From positions 21,824,263-21,888,262 of the forward strand of contig NC_068988.1 in NCBI RefSeq assembly GCF_001194135.2: DNA of 64,000 bases. Direction: 5' to 3'. The number at the start of each line of letters is the position of its first letter. The stretch's first letter is position 1. The stretch is from Octopus bimaculoides. Lineage: Eukaryota. The notes beneath the pieces were generated by a model, which was not told the origin of the DNA, searched no databases, and saw only the letters and a list, made by a program, of their open reading frames with translations. Below are positions 1-13,811 of this stretch, one piece after another. The translations under genes were made by a program, and so were the position numbers.

Positions 1-1450
1 ATCAAAATGGGTATATAGTTAAAACCCTGCAAAGGAAAGCCGAAGCAGCAAGAATTATGCAATTTAAAACACTTGATGGATTTATTGTTGAATGTAGAAA
101 CTGAGCGGATGATAATCTGATTTCATAGACAGATTTATTTAAAAAATATGGTTTCTCAGTTTTAAGTGTATAAAGCTGAATCACTTACTGCTAGTATGTA
201 TTATTCTTCTGAAGAGCAATGAGTGAAAATGTTACAAATTGAAGCAGAGCAGATCTGTGAAAGTAAGTCTAAACCATTATACAGTAAGTGTGATGAGTGG
301 CATTAATGTGAACGGTTTCCAAATTTGCTGTCCTATTATTTCTGTGAGATGCCCGTTCCAGATATTTGGTTTGAAGTAAACAAAACAGAAAGAGCTTGCA
401 AGCTAAGGTCTCACTTCTCTACGATGTGGTGCCAAGGCGAGAAACAGTAAAACTTTTTGTTACATGAGCAACACGATGTTTAAGGGCATGTTCTATCAAG
501 TAAGACCCTGCACTTGAGCAGGCGCTTTGAGGATAATGAAAATACAGTAAAGAGAAGAATTAGTTATAAGAAGCGGATTGTAGAAGAGAAATCATGTAGT
601 GACAAGCATACTAAGCCAGAACTAATTAAGAGACAGAAAATTCAGGGCATTGAACGAGTTTATTTTGATCAAGAAATGTCAAGGAAGTTGCCGCTTTATG
701 TTAAGTTATTAAGGCGATGAGTGTCATATCGCTCACTGAGGAACGAGAATATCGTCTATTTGAAAACTGACCGTTTTCTATTAAGAGTTATCAGCGAGTG
801 ATATTTTAGCATATATACCAAAGTTGAGAAATAGTAATAATTGTTCTGGAGACACAAAATATCTGGTAATATTAAATTAATATCCAAAGGTGAATGGGAC
901 TCTCTGAAATCTCACTCAACTCTATCATAACATCCTAAGATTATTTATGACCATCTACATGAACGTGGTTTCATAGGAAAGAAGCTTTTCAAAGCAGAAA
1001 TTCATAAAGAACAATGTCATTGATTTAACATGGGATATCACTGAAAACATTTCGATATCAATAGAAAGGGATGAAGGGATATCAAGGATTTTGTGATGTC
1101 AGTGGAAATATAATTAGTGAAATGCATTAAATTCTGTGACTGGATTACAAAATGAGAAACATTGAAAGTCCGAAAAGTTAAGTTTAGGATTTTGCAAAGG
1201 TGTTCCCTAAATGTTTACATTCTTTAATATTTGGTCCTATTTATTTTAATGGTATTCATTTATGAGCATATTCCCATATAGTCTTTATACAAGTTGTACG
1301 TTGTTGATTAAGCAAATGGAAGCTACACAACCGTGCAGTTTAGCATTGATAAATAACAGACCAGTCTATTGCAGTTGGTGTGCGAAGTGGTTTCCACTTT
1401 GGATACGATGTCTTACAAAAATTTGCTCCAGCATTTTATGCTGTGTTGGA
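1..1450 (+). pseudogene. Heavily decayed hAT-superfamily transposase fragment (C-terminal half)
   Basis: Frameshifted manual translation gives FEVNKTERALQAKVSLLYDVV (~375-440), KRRISYKKRIVEEKSCSD (ORF 514-720), VFP(N)VYIL (~1200), LLIKQ..CSLALI and LD(Y)DVLQKFA (~1300-1430). These fall in the order expected for hAT insertion and dimerisation regions. Many stops and shifts. Confidence 0.4.
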
Positions 1451-2261
1451 AATATCTGAAATTACACCAAGCTGTAACGAGCATTGCTTATCTCTAAGGG
1501 ACCATGAGTGCTGTGAAGAGAGAAAAATTCCTGCATCGAATATGTTGACCTTATATGAAACAACGTTGTCCTGGGGTGCGCCTCGGTGAAAAATTTTCCA
1601 GGTACAGATGCATAGTACAACGTGATAAACTGAGGTCCAAGATTCCATGAACGTATCTCATACAAGAATAAAGTTTACCTTCAAAATTATAGCCGTTCAG
1701 TGGGGAAATATTCACGTTGAAAATGTTTTAGCCTATATCACGCAAGAGTTACGCCATAAAAAAGAGCAAATCACGACAGAATCCTTTGTCGCTGACGTAG
1801 GATGTTCAAAACAAAAGGCAAAGTAATTTGAAGAGAAAACAAATGTCAAACTCAGTTTCATTTAAAATGCAATTTAAATCTGTTCTTTGTTATTTAATAT
1901 AATTTATTTTAATTAAATGATTTCATTCTATTCAGTCTGTTCAATAAAATAGGTATGCACACGTACACACACACACACGTTTTATGTTTTGTTCAATGAA
2001 TAAACGTTTGAAGATATATGTGTCCACTTATGAATGTATGTAAACGTATATGCGTGCACAGACAAACACGCACACACACGCACACACACACACACACACA
2101 CTCACTCACACACATTCACACACATATATATATACATACATATATGTACATGTATACATATATACATATATATGTGTATATATATATATATATATACACT
2201 CATACATACGTAAATATATGTGCATATATATGAGTGTGTCTATATACATACATACATACGG

Positions 2262-2320
<59 letters not shown>

Positions 2321-3214
2321 NNNNNNNNNNNNNNNNNNNNNNNNNNNNNNNNNNNNNNNNNNNNNNNNNNNNNNNNNNNNNNNNNNNNNNNNNNNNNNNN
2401 NNNNNNNNNNNNNNNNNNNNNNNNNNNNNNNNNNNNNNNNNNNNNNNNNNNNNNNNNNNAAAACCATACGGAATTTTATTTTACTAGAAAGAAAAACCTG
2501 TGAAACTCAAAGTTTCATGTCATTAGCTCTGATTTATAATCAGATTACGGTTAATGCTACAAAATCCAAACTATTTCAAGTTTTCTGCAAACATTTAATT
2601 TCAAATTTTTGATTATTTATAGTTTATATAAGCGAATTTAATTAAGAATATAATTGTGATAATTCGTGCAATTATTAGTAAAACTGCTGAATATTTTAAC
2701 TGTAAAAGTAGTGAGTTTGAACATAGTTAAAAAAGAAACAAAATGATTCGCAAAATGGAGGCCTAATCCATTTACATATCTCATACAGCCAAAATGTTTC
2801 ACGTTAATGTAAACATAATTTTGAAGTAGTTCTTAAAAATTATTTTTTTACCTCAAATTCTATTGTTTCCTTTTTACATTAATCACATGACATAATGTAA
2901 ATATAAATACATTTAAATTGCGTGTATAATATTGTAAATTAAATGTGTAATTTTAATTTTGCTACATGTCTATCTCACTGCTATTGGCATTACAATTCAG
3001 AAGATATACAGAAATTACTATTTAAAACTAATGGCGGAACCAAAAATAGAAAAGGAAACAAAACAGAGAAAAACCTGAAGATTCTGTATGGTTTCTTCGA
3101 GAGGAGATCAATGGGCGTGGTGGTGGCACCAACATGTGTTAGTGTATTAGGTTATACAATGTCTTGTAGAACCATTGTTTAGAACTCGTCAATTAGTTTT
3201 ATTCCTACGATTGA

Positions 3215-3350
3215 TATTTACCTTTGACCCTCTATATTTTACTTGTTCCTGTCATTGAAGTACGACCATACAGGAGCACCGCCCTCAAGGGATTTTGTTG
3301 AATTATCGACCCCTAATACTTACTTGTTAAGTCTAGTACTTATTCTGAGC
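3215..3350 (-). mobile_element. SINE-C 3' tail fragment, degenerate
   Basis: TTTTACTTGTTCCTGTCATT..GGAGCACCGCC..CTAGTACTTATTCT matches the tails at 33082-33250 and 52837-52960. Confidence 0.7.
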
Positions 3351-3474
3351 CGGTAGATTAATGCTGTTGAGCGGTGTGGGAAGAAATATAAAAAGAATGA
3401 CACAAATACACGTCCACACGCGCACACGCATTCACACGCGCGCACACACAAACACACATCCACATATTCACACG

Positions 3475-3515
<41 letters not shown>

Positions 3516-3525
3516 NNNNNNNNNN

Positions 3526-3564
<39 letters not shown>

Positions 3565-3567
<3 letters not shown>

Positions 3568-3805
3568 TACACATTCACCCGTAGCTGAGTAGTGCAAAAT
3601 ATAGACGTATCAATAACGTAGTTCTCAGGGAGGTTCGGGGTGACAATAAATGTGACAAGACTGGCCATTTGAAATGCAGGAACCACTCATTCTTGCCAGC
3701 TCATTGGACTGGACCAACCGAAAATAAAATGTCTTGTTAAAGGATACAACTTGCAGCTGGGAATCGAACTCACGATCGTGAATAAAATATCCTAACCACT
3801 CGCCT
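3565..3805 (-). mobile_element. SINE-B, body type 3
   Basis: Reverse strand has a tRNA-like head with B-box GAGTTCGATTCCC, then the TTGTATCCTTTAACAAGACA..CTCAG-type central block. The body matches 40305-40595 (GTTCTCAG, CTGGCC(C/A)TTTGAA). Confidence 0.75.
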
Positions 3806-3854
3806 AATATGTACGTATAAAAGCTAGAATTTCTGTTAGTTCATTCAAGGGAAT

Positions 3855-4475
<621 letters not shown>

Positions 4476-5054
4476 GTCAAAATCTAAGCAAGCTGTATAT
4501 GCAAGGAATTTAGGAAAGAAAATTCAAAATGGAATTCGGAAACGATTAGAGAAAAAAAAGGGATAGAAAATAAACACGAAAATTCTCTCATCAACCATGA
4601 TGGTGACCAGAGTCCGTCGTAGTTTCGGCGCACTCGAAGCCCGATACGAATAGGCTGTCATTTTTGCGGACCGAAGGGAATGCATACCCTGCTGTTGTGT
4701 GTGAACTTGTTAGTCTAAGAGTAGTGTATTTCGGCTATCAACAGCCAAATAACCGGAGTTCATGAAGAGATCATATCTTTCGTGGCACCAATTGATATAT
4801 AATGGAGGCTGGCAGAGTGTGAGCTGTTTCTTTTGAAACAGAATACGCAGCAATGGATTTTGAGAGAAATGAATGTTCTTCAGTCAACAAACATAAATAC
4901 ACATGTGTATGCATATACAGGCAAATACATAGAATATCGGAAACGTTACTCCGTTGTTGCCAAATACGAATCGATCCTGCGAGCCTGTGTCCAAGGGCAT
5001 CACTTTATGGCTAATTTATATCGCTTCCTTATCGAAAAATTTTACATTAATCTA

Positions 5055-5102
5055 TTTTTCTTTCTTTCTTCCTTTCTTTCTTTCTTTCTTTCTTTCTTCC
5101 TT

Positions 5103-5134
<32 letters not shown>

Positions 5135-5170
5135 CCTTCCTTTCATTCTTTCTTTCTTTCTCATCTTTAT
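5055..5170. repeat. (CTTT)n microsatellite
   Basis: Directly visible. Confidence 0.95.
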
Positions 5171-6649
5171 CCTTCTCCATTCACCACCACAGATGTGGGT
5201 GTGTGCATGTATGCATATGTGTACGTAAATACGCACACACACACGCATGCACACACACAGAGACACAAACACACAGACACACACACACACGCGCACACAC
5301 ACACACACATTCATACATACCCATACCTATATATGCATTCATACACAATATACAAAGACGTCTGAATGGTCGTATGCGCGTATGCGTGTGCTTTCACGTA
5401 TATCTTTGTTTCCTTTTAATTCCTCATGTTTTCTAGCAAGAAAATTCTAAGCCACTAAAGTCACAAGGTATAATTTGCTAGATACACATCCCATTATCAG
5501 TTTCCACACTAAATAGTTTTTTGTACAAATCTTCCGGTTGGTTTCTGTTGCAATTTATCGCTTCTACAATGACAGTTGATCAATTTTCAACCTTGCCATG
5601 GCATAAGGCCAGCTACGTCCGGCTTTCAAAGCAACATAATTTGCCATCGATACAAAAGGCAACCATTGATTCTGAATGTATACATGTCGAGTTGGTCGGT
5701 CGGTTGGCTGGGATGGTGTGTTTGTATGTTTGTCTGCCTATTTGCCTTGTTTGCCTGTCTCTTTTTCTTTATCATTGCGTGGTAAGGTAACTGTCCGATG
5801 TTATACCTGTGTCTATCATTTTACAACGGATATATACCTTTCATTTCACTTCATTGTTATGTGCTGCAAAAAAAAAAAAGAAAAAAAAAGAGAATATATA
5901 TAAAGAAAATAAAAATAAAGTTCCAACTACGAAATAGTCCTGACGGAGAGTAATGTTGCTTTAGCTTGGTTTGTTAAATAGAAACAAAAGACGGCGGTAA
6001 CAACATCAACAGCAATAGGAACATTAACAGCGACAAGGACGACGACACCATCTACATGAGCAGAACAAATAAGAACAAAAATTTGAATAGTAGTAACATC
6101 AGTAGCAGTTGTAATAACAATATGAAACAAGAAACGACGCTGTATTAAAGAATGAAAATCAAATGTATTTAGTAAGCGAAACGTCAGCTAAATTAGATAT
6201 ATAGAAAGACAACAATGTCCGACAAACAACATGCTGATCAGTCAGAACTTTACTGGCAAAGAGAAGAGCACAAAAGCAAGAACAAAATAAAAAACTATAC
6301 TTGACTAGATTTACTATCCGCCATAACTAGATTACGTTTCAGCGAAGTTTTTGTATTTTGGAGCCCTGAGAAAAAATATTCTCTCAATGTTAGTGACTCT
6401 ACAACCAATATTACTTACATTGCTAAGAATTTACGAGCTAGTCTGGGAATATCTATATGGTCGAGCAAGTTGCTAGAAATAGTTCACAAACCTCTATTGA
6501 ACTTTATCATTATATCTGGAGTAAGAAGTGCGTGGAGGAAAACAACAACCCAAAACGAAACAAAATAAAGTAGCTGATCATAACGGGAAACAGTTCGACC
6601 ATAGATATGTTCGATCAGGGCATCCTCACCCTTCTCCCTTTTCCCATTT

Positions 6650-6815
6650 TGTCACTTGGTCATTAGACTGACGCCATGCTAGGGCACTGCCTACAAAGGT
6701 TCTGATCTAACAAATCACCAACCACTCCCCGTTCTTATATTTAAGTCTGGTACTCTGCCGGTCACTTAGCAGAACCGAATGCTAAGTTACGGGGACGTAA
6801 ACAAACCAACACTGG
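6650..6815 (-). mobile_element. SINE-C 3' part fragment
   Basis: GCCATGCTAGGGCACTGCC and GCTAAGTTACGGGGACGTAAACAAACCAACA match other SINE-C copies. Confidence 0.75.
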
Positions 6816-6869
6816 ATGCATACGAGCATTAAACATGCGTACAAAATATCGAGTTATGTTATAAGAAAT

Positions 6870-6988
6870 AAATTTGTTATGAAACGAACTGCTTTGCTCA
6901 AGAACACAACACGTCACCCGGTCCGGAAATCGAAACCCCGATCTGGCGACTGTGAGTGCAACACCCTTACCAGAGGGCCACGCCTGTG
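6870..6988 (-). mobile_element. SINE-B head fragment
   Basis: TTTGCTCAAGAACACAAC..GGAAATCGAAACC..GAGTGCAACACCC matches heads at 11520-11633 and 20505-20623. Confidence 0.8.
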
Positions 6989-7105
6989 TTCCTTCTTTTA
7001 AAAAGAAAATAGAAATTGATTTGAGGGAAATTTGATTGGTATTTCTCTTTAGGTAGAACAAACCCAACACATCAGCTCCCTCAATGATTCACTCAAGATT
7101 AGTAA

Positions 7106-7541
7106 AAATATTTTTTTATTTTAGGCACAAGGCCCGAAATTTTTGGGGAGGGGGTCCAGTCGATTAGAACGACCGCAGTACGCAACTGGTAGTTAATTTA
7201 TCGACACCAAAAGGATGAAAGGGAAAGTCGACCTCGGGGGAATTTGAACTCAAAACGTAAAGACAGACGAAACACCGCAAAGCGTTTCGCCCGCCGTGCT
7301 AACGTTTCTTATTTCTTTATTGCCCACAAGGGGCTAAACATAGAGGAGACAAACAAAGACAGACAAAGGAATTAAGTCGATTACATCGACCCCAGTGCGT
7401 AAATGGTACTTAATTTATCAACCTCGAAAGGATGAAAGGCAAAGTCGACCTCGGCAGAATTTGAACTCAGAACATAACGGAATATAAAATACCACTAAGC
7501 ATTTCGCCCTGCGTGCTGAAGTTTCTGCCAGCTCGCCGCCT
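7106..7541 (-). mobile_element. Dimeric SINE-A (two tRNA-derived monomers) with a single TSD
   Basis: Two monomers, each with B-box GAGTTCAAATT and the CCTTTCATCCTTT(T/C)G..GTCGATAAATTAA block. Flanked by TCAAGATTAGTAA (7093-7105) and TCAAGATCAGTAA (7542-7554). Confidence 0.9.
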
Positions 7542-8553
7542 TCAAGATCAGTAATATTGATATCATGGTTAGATATAGAAGCTGCGGGAAAAGTCCTTAT
7601 TTGAATAAGTATGACACCTTCCATCAGAAACAAAATTTGGTGGTGCAGACGCGGTTCCTCGAACAATTGACTATAGACATTACTCTATTTGCTCTCACAT
7701 CAGCGACAGTATATTAATAAAAAATAAATACATACAATACACTGGCACAGATACGACGTATAAACTGTAGAAGCGATTAAAACATATGCCGTGCAATCTT
7801 ACGGAACAGTTTTCAGAACAAAATATAACGACAAAATGTCACTAATTTAGAAATAATTTACGTCAGGTCAATCATAGAAAGTTTGTCGTGTCAGTTGTGT
7901 AAGAACACCTAACCTTTCCGATTGAAAAATAACAAAAATATTTCACATCTTCAATCTAATGCACTTCGCCTTTATCAATCAAACGCATACATATAGTGAA
8001 TATAAATACACACAAACATGTATAGACAGATAGATAGATAGATAGATAGATATAGTACATACGTACATCTGTATATAGAATATATANNNNNNNNNNNNNN
8101 NNNNNNNNNNNNNNNNNNNNNNNNNNNNNNNNNNNNNNNNNNNNNNNNNNNNNNNNNNNNNNNNNNNNNNNNNNNNNNNNNNNNNNNNNNNNNNNNNNNN
8201 NNNNNNNNNNNNNNNNNNNNNNNNNNNNNNNNNNNNNNNNNNNNNNNNNNNNNNNNNNNNNNNNNNNNNNNNNNNNNNNNNNNNNNNNNNNNNNNNNNNN
8301 NNNNNNNNNNNNNNNNNNNNNNNNNNNNNNNNNNNNNNNNNNNNNNNNNNNNNNNNNNNNNNNNNNNNNNNNNNNNNNNNNNNNNNNNNNNNNNNNNNNN
8401 NNNNNNNNNNNNNNNNNNNNNNNNNNNNNNNNNNNNNNNNNNNNNNNNNNNNNNNNNNNTATATATATATATACATACACGCGCGCTCACACAGTAACAT
8501 ACATACACACACATATATACATATATATACATAAATATAGACATAGATATATA

Positions 8554-8611
<58 letters not shown>

Positions 8612-8749
8612 CGTAAGTGTGTATAGATGCATGTGTGGATGCGTACAGAAACTTGTATGTCCAAACATACATCGATGAAGTCGATAGCCGACAGAGATGA
8701 AGCATGCAATTTCTTGTTTTTGTTATTTAACTTTTTATCATGCCGCTGG

Positions 8750-8780
<31 letters not shown>

Positions 8781-9637
8781 GTGAACTTCTTCCGGCCTGA
8801 CAGTTTGGAGAATTGGAAGTATTGGTTGATGCGTTTAGCGCAACAGCTATTGACCTCATATCATTCCAAGATGCGATGTAGAGAGAACAACAGGCAGTGG
8901 GAAGGTTTGGAGGAAATATGTATTATTAACGTGTAGTTCCAGATACGAGAAACACTGTAGTGTGGAGAAATAGGGAGACACGATTTTGAAGCATTTGATA
9001 AGATGAGATCAATGAAATGGGTTAGTTGTACTTATATTAGAAGTACCCGTGTATATCCCTTCGCATGGGGTGGAGACTATTGGTTCTCACACGTACACCG
9101 GGCATAACTAACTTGTATAAGATATTATCATTAAATGTATATACCCTACAGAGGGTGTTTAATATGTTATAGAAACTATACAATGTTACAAAATGTTCAG
9201 GAGGGATTCAATGTTCTGGCAGTAGTATGATATATAATTTTTTACAACTGATATTTCCTCCATCTGTCTGTCCGTGTGTCTGTCTGTCACTCTCTCCCTC
9301 TCTCTCTCTCAGAAACAGGCACACAAACACACACTCTTTTTTTCACATATCTATCTCTGTCTGTCTGATTGTCTGTATATATGTATGTATGTTTGTATGT
9401 ATGCGTGCATGTTCGTTTGTATGTATGTATGTATGTATGTATGTACGTACGTATGTATGCTTGAATGTAAGTGCGTGTGTATATATTCACAGACATGCAT
9501 GAAGTACATAGACACCTTTAATTTTCAAAGTTTCTGATCTAAGCGTCTTAATATGTTTTCAGCAGTGTAGAATTTACAATGTAATTATTCTTTATCATTC
9601 AAAGTGCCATTATATTAAACATTTGTGAAGAGCAACC

Positions 9638-9786
9638 ATGCAACCCACAAAAAATTCAGCAGAACTATCAGATTTTCAAAGAGGTCGCATTGTTGGGCAA
9701 TCTGAGGCTGGTCTTAGCCAGCGAAACATTGCCGAAAATCTTCAAATTCCTCTTGCTACTGCTCATAGAATTATAGTGCAATTCAT
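9638..9786 (+). pseudogene. Tc1-like transposase N-terminal HTH fragment
   Basis: MQPTKNSAELSDFQRGRIVGQSEAGLSQRNIAENLQIPLATAHRIIVQF fits the Tc1 paired-like HTH pattern (ELSxFxRGRIVG..G.S.R.IA). No DDE domain follows. Confidence 0.75.
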
Positions 9787-9931
9787 AAGCCAATTAAAAC
9801 TGCAATGTAAGTGTGTCTTTGATGCAGTCGTAACTCAGAACGCATTTGGCGTTATGAGGAAATACCCACAACTGCAAATATCCATTCCTCCCGATTTGAC
9901 ACACACACACGCACACACACACACATACACA

Positions 9932-9976
<45 letters not shown>

Positions 9977-10689
9977 ACACACATGCACAGACGTGTACAT
10001 ACAGTAGGTTCTCCGTTTCGAAACAGAGATCATCGCACAGTTAGCTGTAATTTGTGCGATAACGTTAGCTAATTTTTAAATAAAAAGTTTATCTTTACAA
10101 AACTAAGCTTTATGTATATAAGTCCTTAATTAAAGGAATAATCTTAATATCTGTGCTATCGCAACATGTGTATTTACGAATGTACGTTGTGAAATACCTA
10201 TTCATAAATAACTGATAGAACAGCAAACATGTTGCAAACGGAGAAGGCGGAAATAAAGAAAGACAATATACACACCTATAACGTTATTTTCGACCAGTGC
10301 ATATATAAACATGGCGACTAAAAAGAAACCGAAATAAAAAAGGAGGAAGCTCTCTTTTTCGAAACCAAATTTTTTGCAGCTGAATGAGTGAAGAAGTTGT
10401 TGCATTTTCATTCAGTGTAGATTATGTATGCGAACATGGATGCTATAAGATTAAAATTATTGGCCTTTATTCCTGTAGCACTACACTATAATAGAGCTAT
10501 AAGTACATGTAGACAGATTTTTGTCGACGCCTTTAGTGAACTAACGATAAACGGTGCCTGGGATCCATTTTGCTCACAGACTATAAGTAATCAACCTGTC
10601 GCATACTATATTGTATAATCTCTCAGCTGATTGCATCTTACGTATTAACCGTTTGTTTGTTCATGTATCACCTATGTTACGTATTCCCA

Positions 10690-10940
10690 GTTGTTTTCAC
10701 TCAGCTATAGAAATGAGTTGTGACGTCACTGGTGCCGAACTGTATCGGCCTTTGCCTTTCCCTTGGACAACACTGGTGGCATGGAGAGGGGAGGCTGGTA
10801 TGCATGGGCGATTGCTGGTCTTCCATAAAACAACCCTAGCTTGTGCGTTTGCCGGTGAGGCGACATTCTGCCCAGACTTATACCGCGGAGGGGAACCTCT
10901 TTGGTGCACCCATGCTCATTCGTGACCAACGGAGTCGTGT
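10690..10940 (+). mobile_element. SINE-B, body type 1 (head missing)
   Basis: Begins with the CACTCAGCTATAGAAATGAGT central block shared with other SINE-B copies, then a distinct GC-rich body (GACGTCACTGGTGCC..GGAGAGGGGAGGCTGGTATGCATGGGCG). Confidence 0.65.
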
Positions 10941-11389
10941 TATTTGCAATAGTTTTCTATCACAAGAGTAAGTTGGAACTTGTGATAGGAAAGCTTTCTA
11001 TCTCTCAGAATGAATGAAGCAAAGGTTAATAAAAAGTCTAAAAACAGGCATGGACCTTTAGGGCAAACATGGAAATGCTGTGGGCAGTTAAGAGGCTAAA
11101 GGATTAACTTTTACTAGAGATAGTCTGTAAAACACATGTGTAAAGCCTTGCCCTCCCTTCGTCATATATGAAACTACTGAGACTTTTCATGCTGGAGGTG
11201 CTTTGGAAAAGGCATACACTTAGATTAAGTGAAGCTGCTTCAGTTAACATATGAAGGGATTGCACAATATACTTTGCATTATGGATTACTTATTACAGAA
11301 CAGAAACGAATATACAAACAATTTATTCAAACGGCATTCCAAGTATATGTACGTAAACATACACACATACACTCACACAAACGCGTAAC

Positions 11390-11633
11390 AGGCCCTCCAT
11401 AAGCCATAGGCTCATAAACGCAGTTTCCTGGATTCTGTGGTGTATCAATTCTTCCAACGGAGGTGGTGCTGATCCATCGCAGGATTCCTCGTTCTTGCCA
11501 GCTGAGTGGACGGCAACAGCGTGAAATGAAGTGTTTTGCTCAAGAACACAACGCATCGCCCGGTTCAGGAATCGAAACCGTAATCTTACGATCATGAGTC
11601 CTATACCCTAACCACTAATCCATACGCCTCCAC
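11390..11633 (-). mobile_element. SINE-B, body type 2
   Basis: Head GTGGAGGCGTATGG..TAGTGGTTAGGGT..GGTTTCGATTCC, central block GTGTTCTTGAGCAAAACACTTCATTTCAC, then CCTGCGATGGA..AATCCAGGAAAC..ATGAGCCTATGG, as in 23215-23439. Confidence 0.85.
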
Positions 11634-12209
11634 ACACTAACACAGACACACACAAACACACACACACATACATACACGCAAGCACGCAAACACGAACATA
11701 TACACCATATGATATGATGTAATATATCAATATATATATATATAATATTTATCTAGGATATGTATACATACACACACGTGTGTGTGTGTCTATTTTCAAA
11801 CCGCATTAAAGCTAAAAACATAATTATTGTTTTTATAGAGATAGTTGTATTATGTGCTGCATCTTGTGCTGTCCAATTATCATATATATAGCGGAAATAA
11901 GTTGTGTCTGATATGACTAGACAGAGAAGCAATCTGCTTGCTGTAAATCTAATCGCTTAAAGGTCGTCTGACTTGGAAAACCAGTCAGAGATTTGGCTTC
12001 GCAACTGCAGAAACACACACAGAACACTCTATTCATTAATGCATACAGAAATGCAGATGTATACGCGATTTACGTAATCACATAAGTGTATAAAGACTCA
12101 AATGAATTTACAGGAACACGTATACCTGCGTATATATGTGTGCATATTTACAATTCATTCTGTAGCATATAAAGCTTTAGTCACATATACACGAACACAC
12201 GTACATCTA

Positions 12210-12255
12210 TGAGTTTTTTACCTGTAATTTTGGATTTTGTCCCTAATAATATTAT

Positions 12256-12297
<42 letters not shown>

Positions 12298-12720
12298 TTA
12301 GAAAAGGATGCGTGGCGTTCAATTATATGATATTATAAATGATATATATATGCATATGTACATACGTATATGTACATATTTACATCTATACGTATATACA
12401 TATGCATATGTGGGTACAGGACGTCACGGAACGTAAACAACATAAAAGAAACAAAAACATGAGACACGAAATACGAATACATAGAATATGAAGACCCTTC
12501 ATCCGTTGTCGGTTGTTTTTCTAATCCGTAATTCGAGCAATTCAGCGACAAGATACGCCTTCGATAAAACAGTTGCTCTCACAAAGCAAATTAAAGAAAA
12601 TTTAGGATTTTGCGGAGGGTCAAAATTGGTAACAAATACAGAACAGTGAAAACAAACAGGAATGGCTATTAAGCCTAAACGAGGTGAGGCGGCGAACGCA
12701 AAGAATGAAGCTTGGACAAG
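12210..12720. mobile_element. Interspersed repeat termini around a (TA)n tract, possibly Penelope-like
   Basis: 12211-12255 (TTTTACCTGTAATTTTGGATTTT.TCCCTAATA) recurs at 24283-24325. The 12410-12720 segment resembles octopus Penelope-like ends from recollection only. Confidence 0.3.
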
Positions 12721-12859
12721 AGACAGACAAGAATGCATCTGATTCTTCCAGCTGAATGAGAAACAAAGAAACACAAGTTAGGACCCTCCCTCACTCTTCT
12801 TCCCTTGCTCTCTCGTGGCTCCCACGCGACCATCGGCCATCTTTCTTTTCCTAACTTTC

Positions 12860-13811
12860 TTTTCTCTATGCCATATATTCCATCTTTAAAAAAAATCTTT
12901 TTTTCCTGTCCGAATGTTTCAATTACCTCTTCTCTATTTAAGAACGTTTTATTGCTTACGAAAAGATCAAAATGCTTAAATAAGAGTTGATCAGTAGGAG
13001 AGATATCAGAGGAATAAGGAGGATGTTGCAAAATCTCATAATTCAGGCTTCTCAACTGTTGGACCGTAGCTTGAAGAGTGTGAGGACGTGCATTGTCGTG
13101 GAGCAAAATTAGGCCATCTCTATTCACTAGTCTGGGTTGATTCTTCTCTAAATTCTCATGCATACAATCAATTTCTTGGCAATACGATGTTGCTGTTACC
13201 ATTTTTCGTTGTTGCAAAAATGAATAATGACCACCATATCGTGACCACTAACTTTTCAGGGTGCAATGGTGGGTTTGGGTAGTGTTTAGGTGACTCCTGC
13301 ATCAAATCGCTGTCCTGTTCTCCTGCTGTATTCAAAGAGTATCCATTTCTCATCACAAGTAATGATTTGATGCAAAAATGTTCTTTTTCCAATCCAGAAA
13401 GCAATAAGGAGTACACTTCAAGGCGTCTGTTTTTTGAATCTCGTTCAGTTGATGTGGAACAAACCTATCTGATTTCTTGACTTTTCCAATTCTTTACAGG
13501 TGTCCAAAAACTGTTGTGCGAGATGTTTGGCGTTCTGATGAAAGTTTTCGAACTTTTGTTCTTGGATTTTGTCCAACCAAAGCATTTAATCCATCATACC
13601 GAATAACTGAGTTTGGCCTACCCCTTGGTTTATTTTCAAGGCTATCATCTCCTGAACCAGAGCTTTGGAATAATCTCTGAACAGTTCTGATGGCAACAAA
13701 ATCATTACCAAAGGCCCACTTGATATTCCGTAGAACTTCAGCGACAGAGCGACCCAGTTTGTAGTCATGCGGGAAAATCACTCAACATAGTTTGGTTGTT
13801 ATCATTTTCAT
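12860..13811 (-). pseudogene. Mariner transposase pseudogene
   Basis: ATG at 13811, an internal TGA and at least two frameshifts. Similarity stops after FFKDGIYGIEK near 12860. Confidence 0.9.

Noticed and set aside
5521-5790. 89-aa ORF in unique-looking sequence
   Set aside because: No motif, and the 3' third is low-complexity TG-rich sequence.
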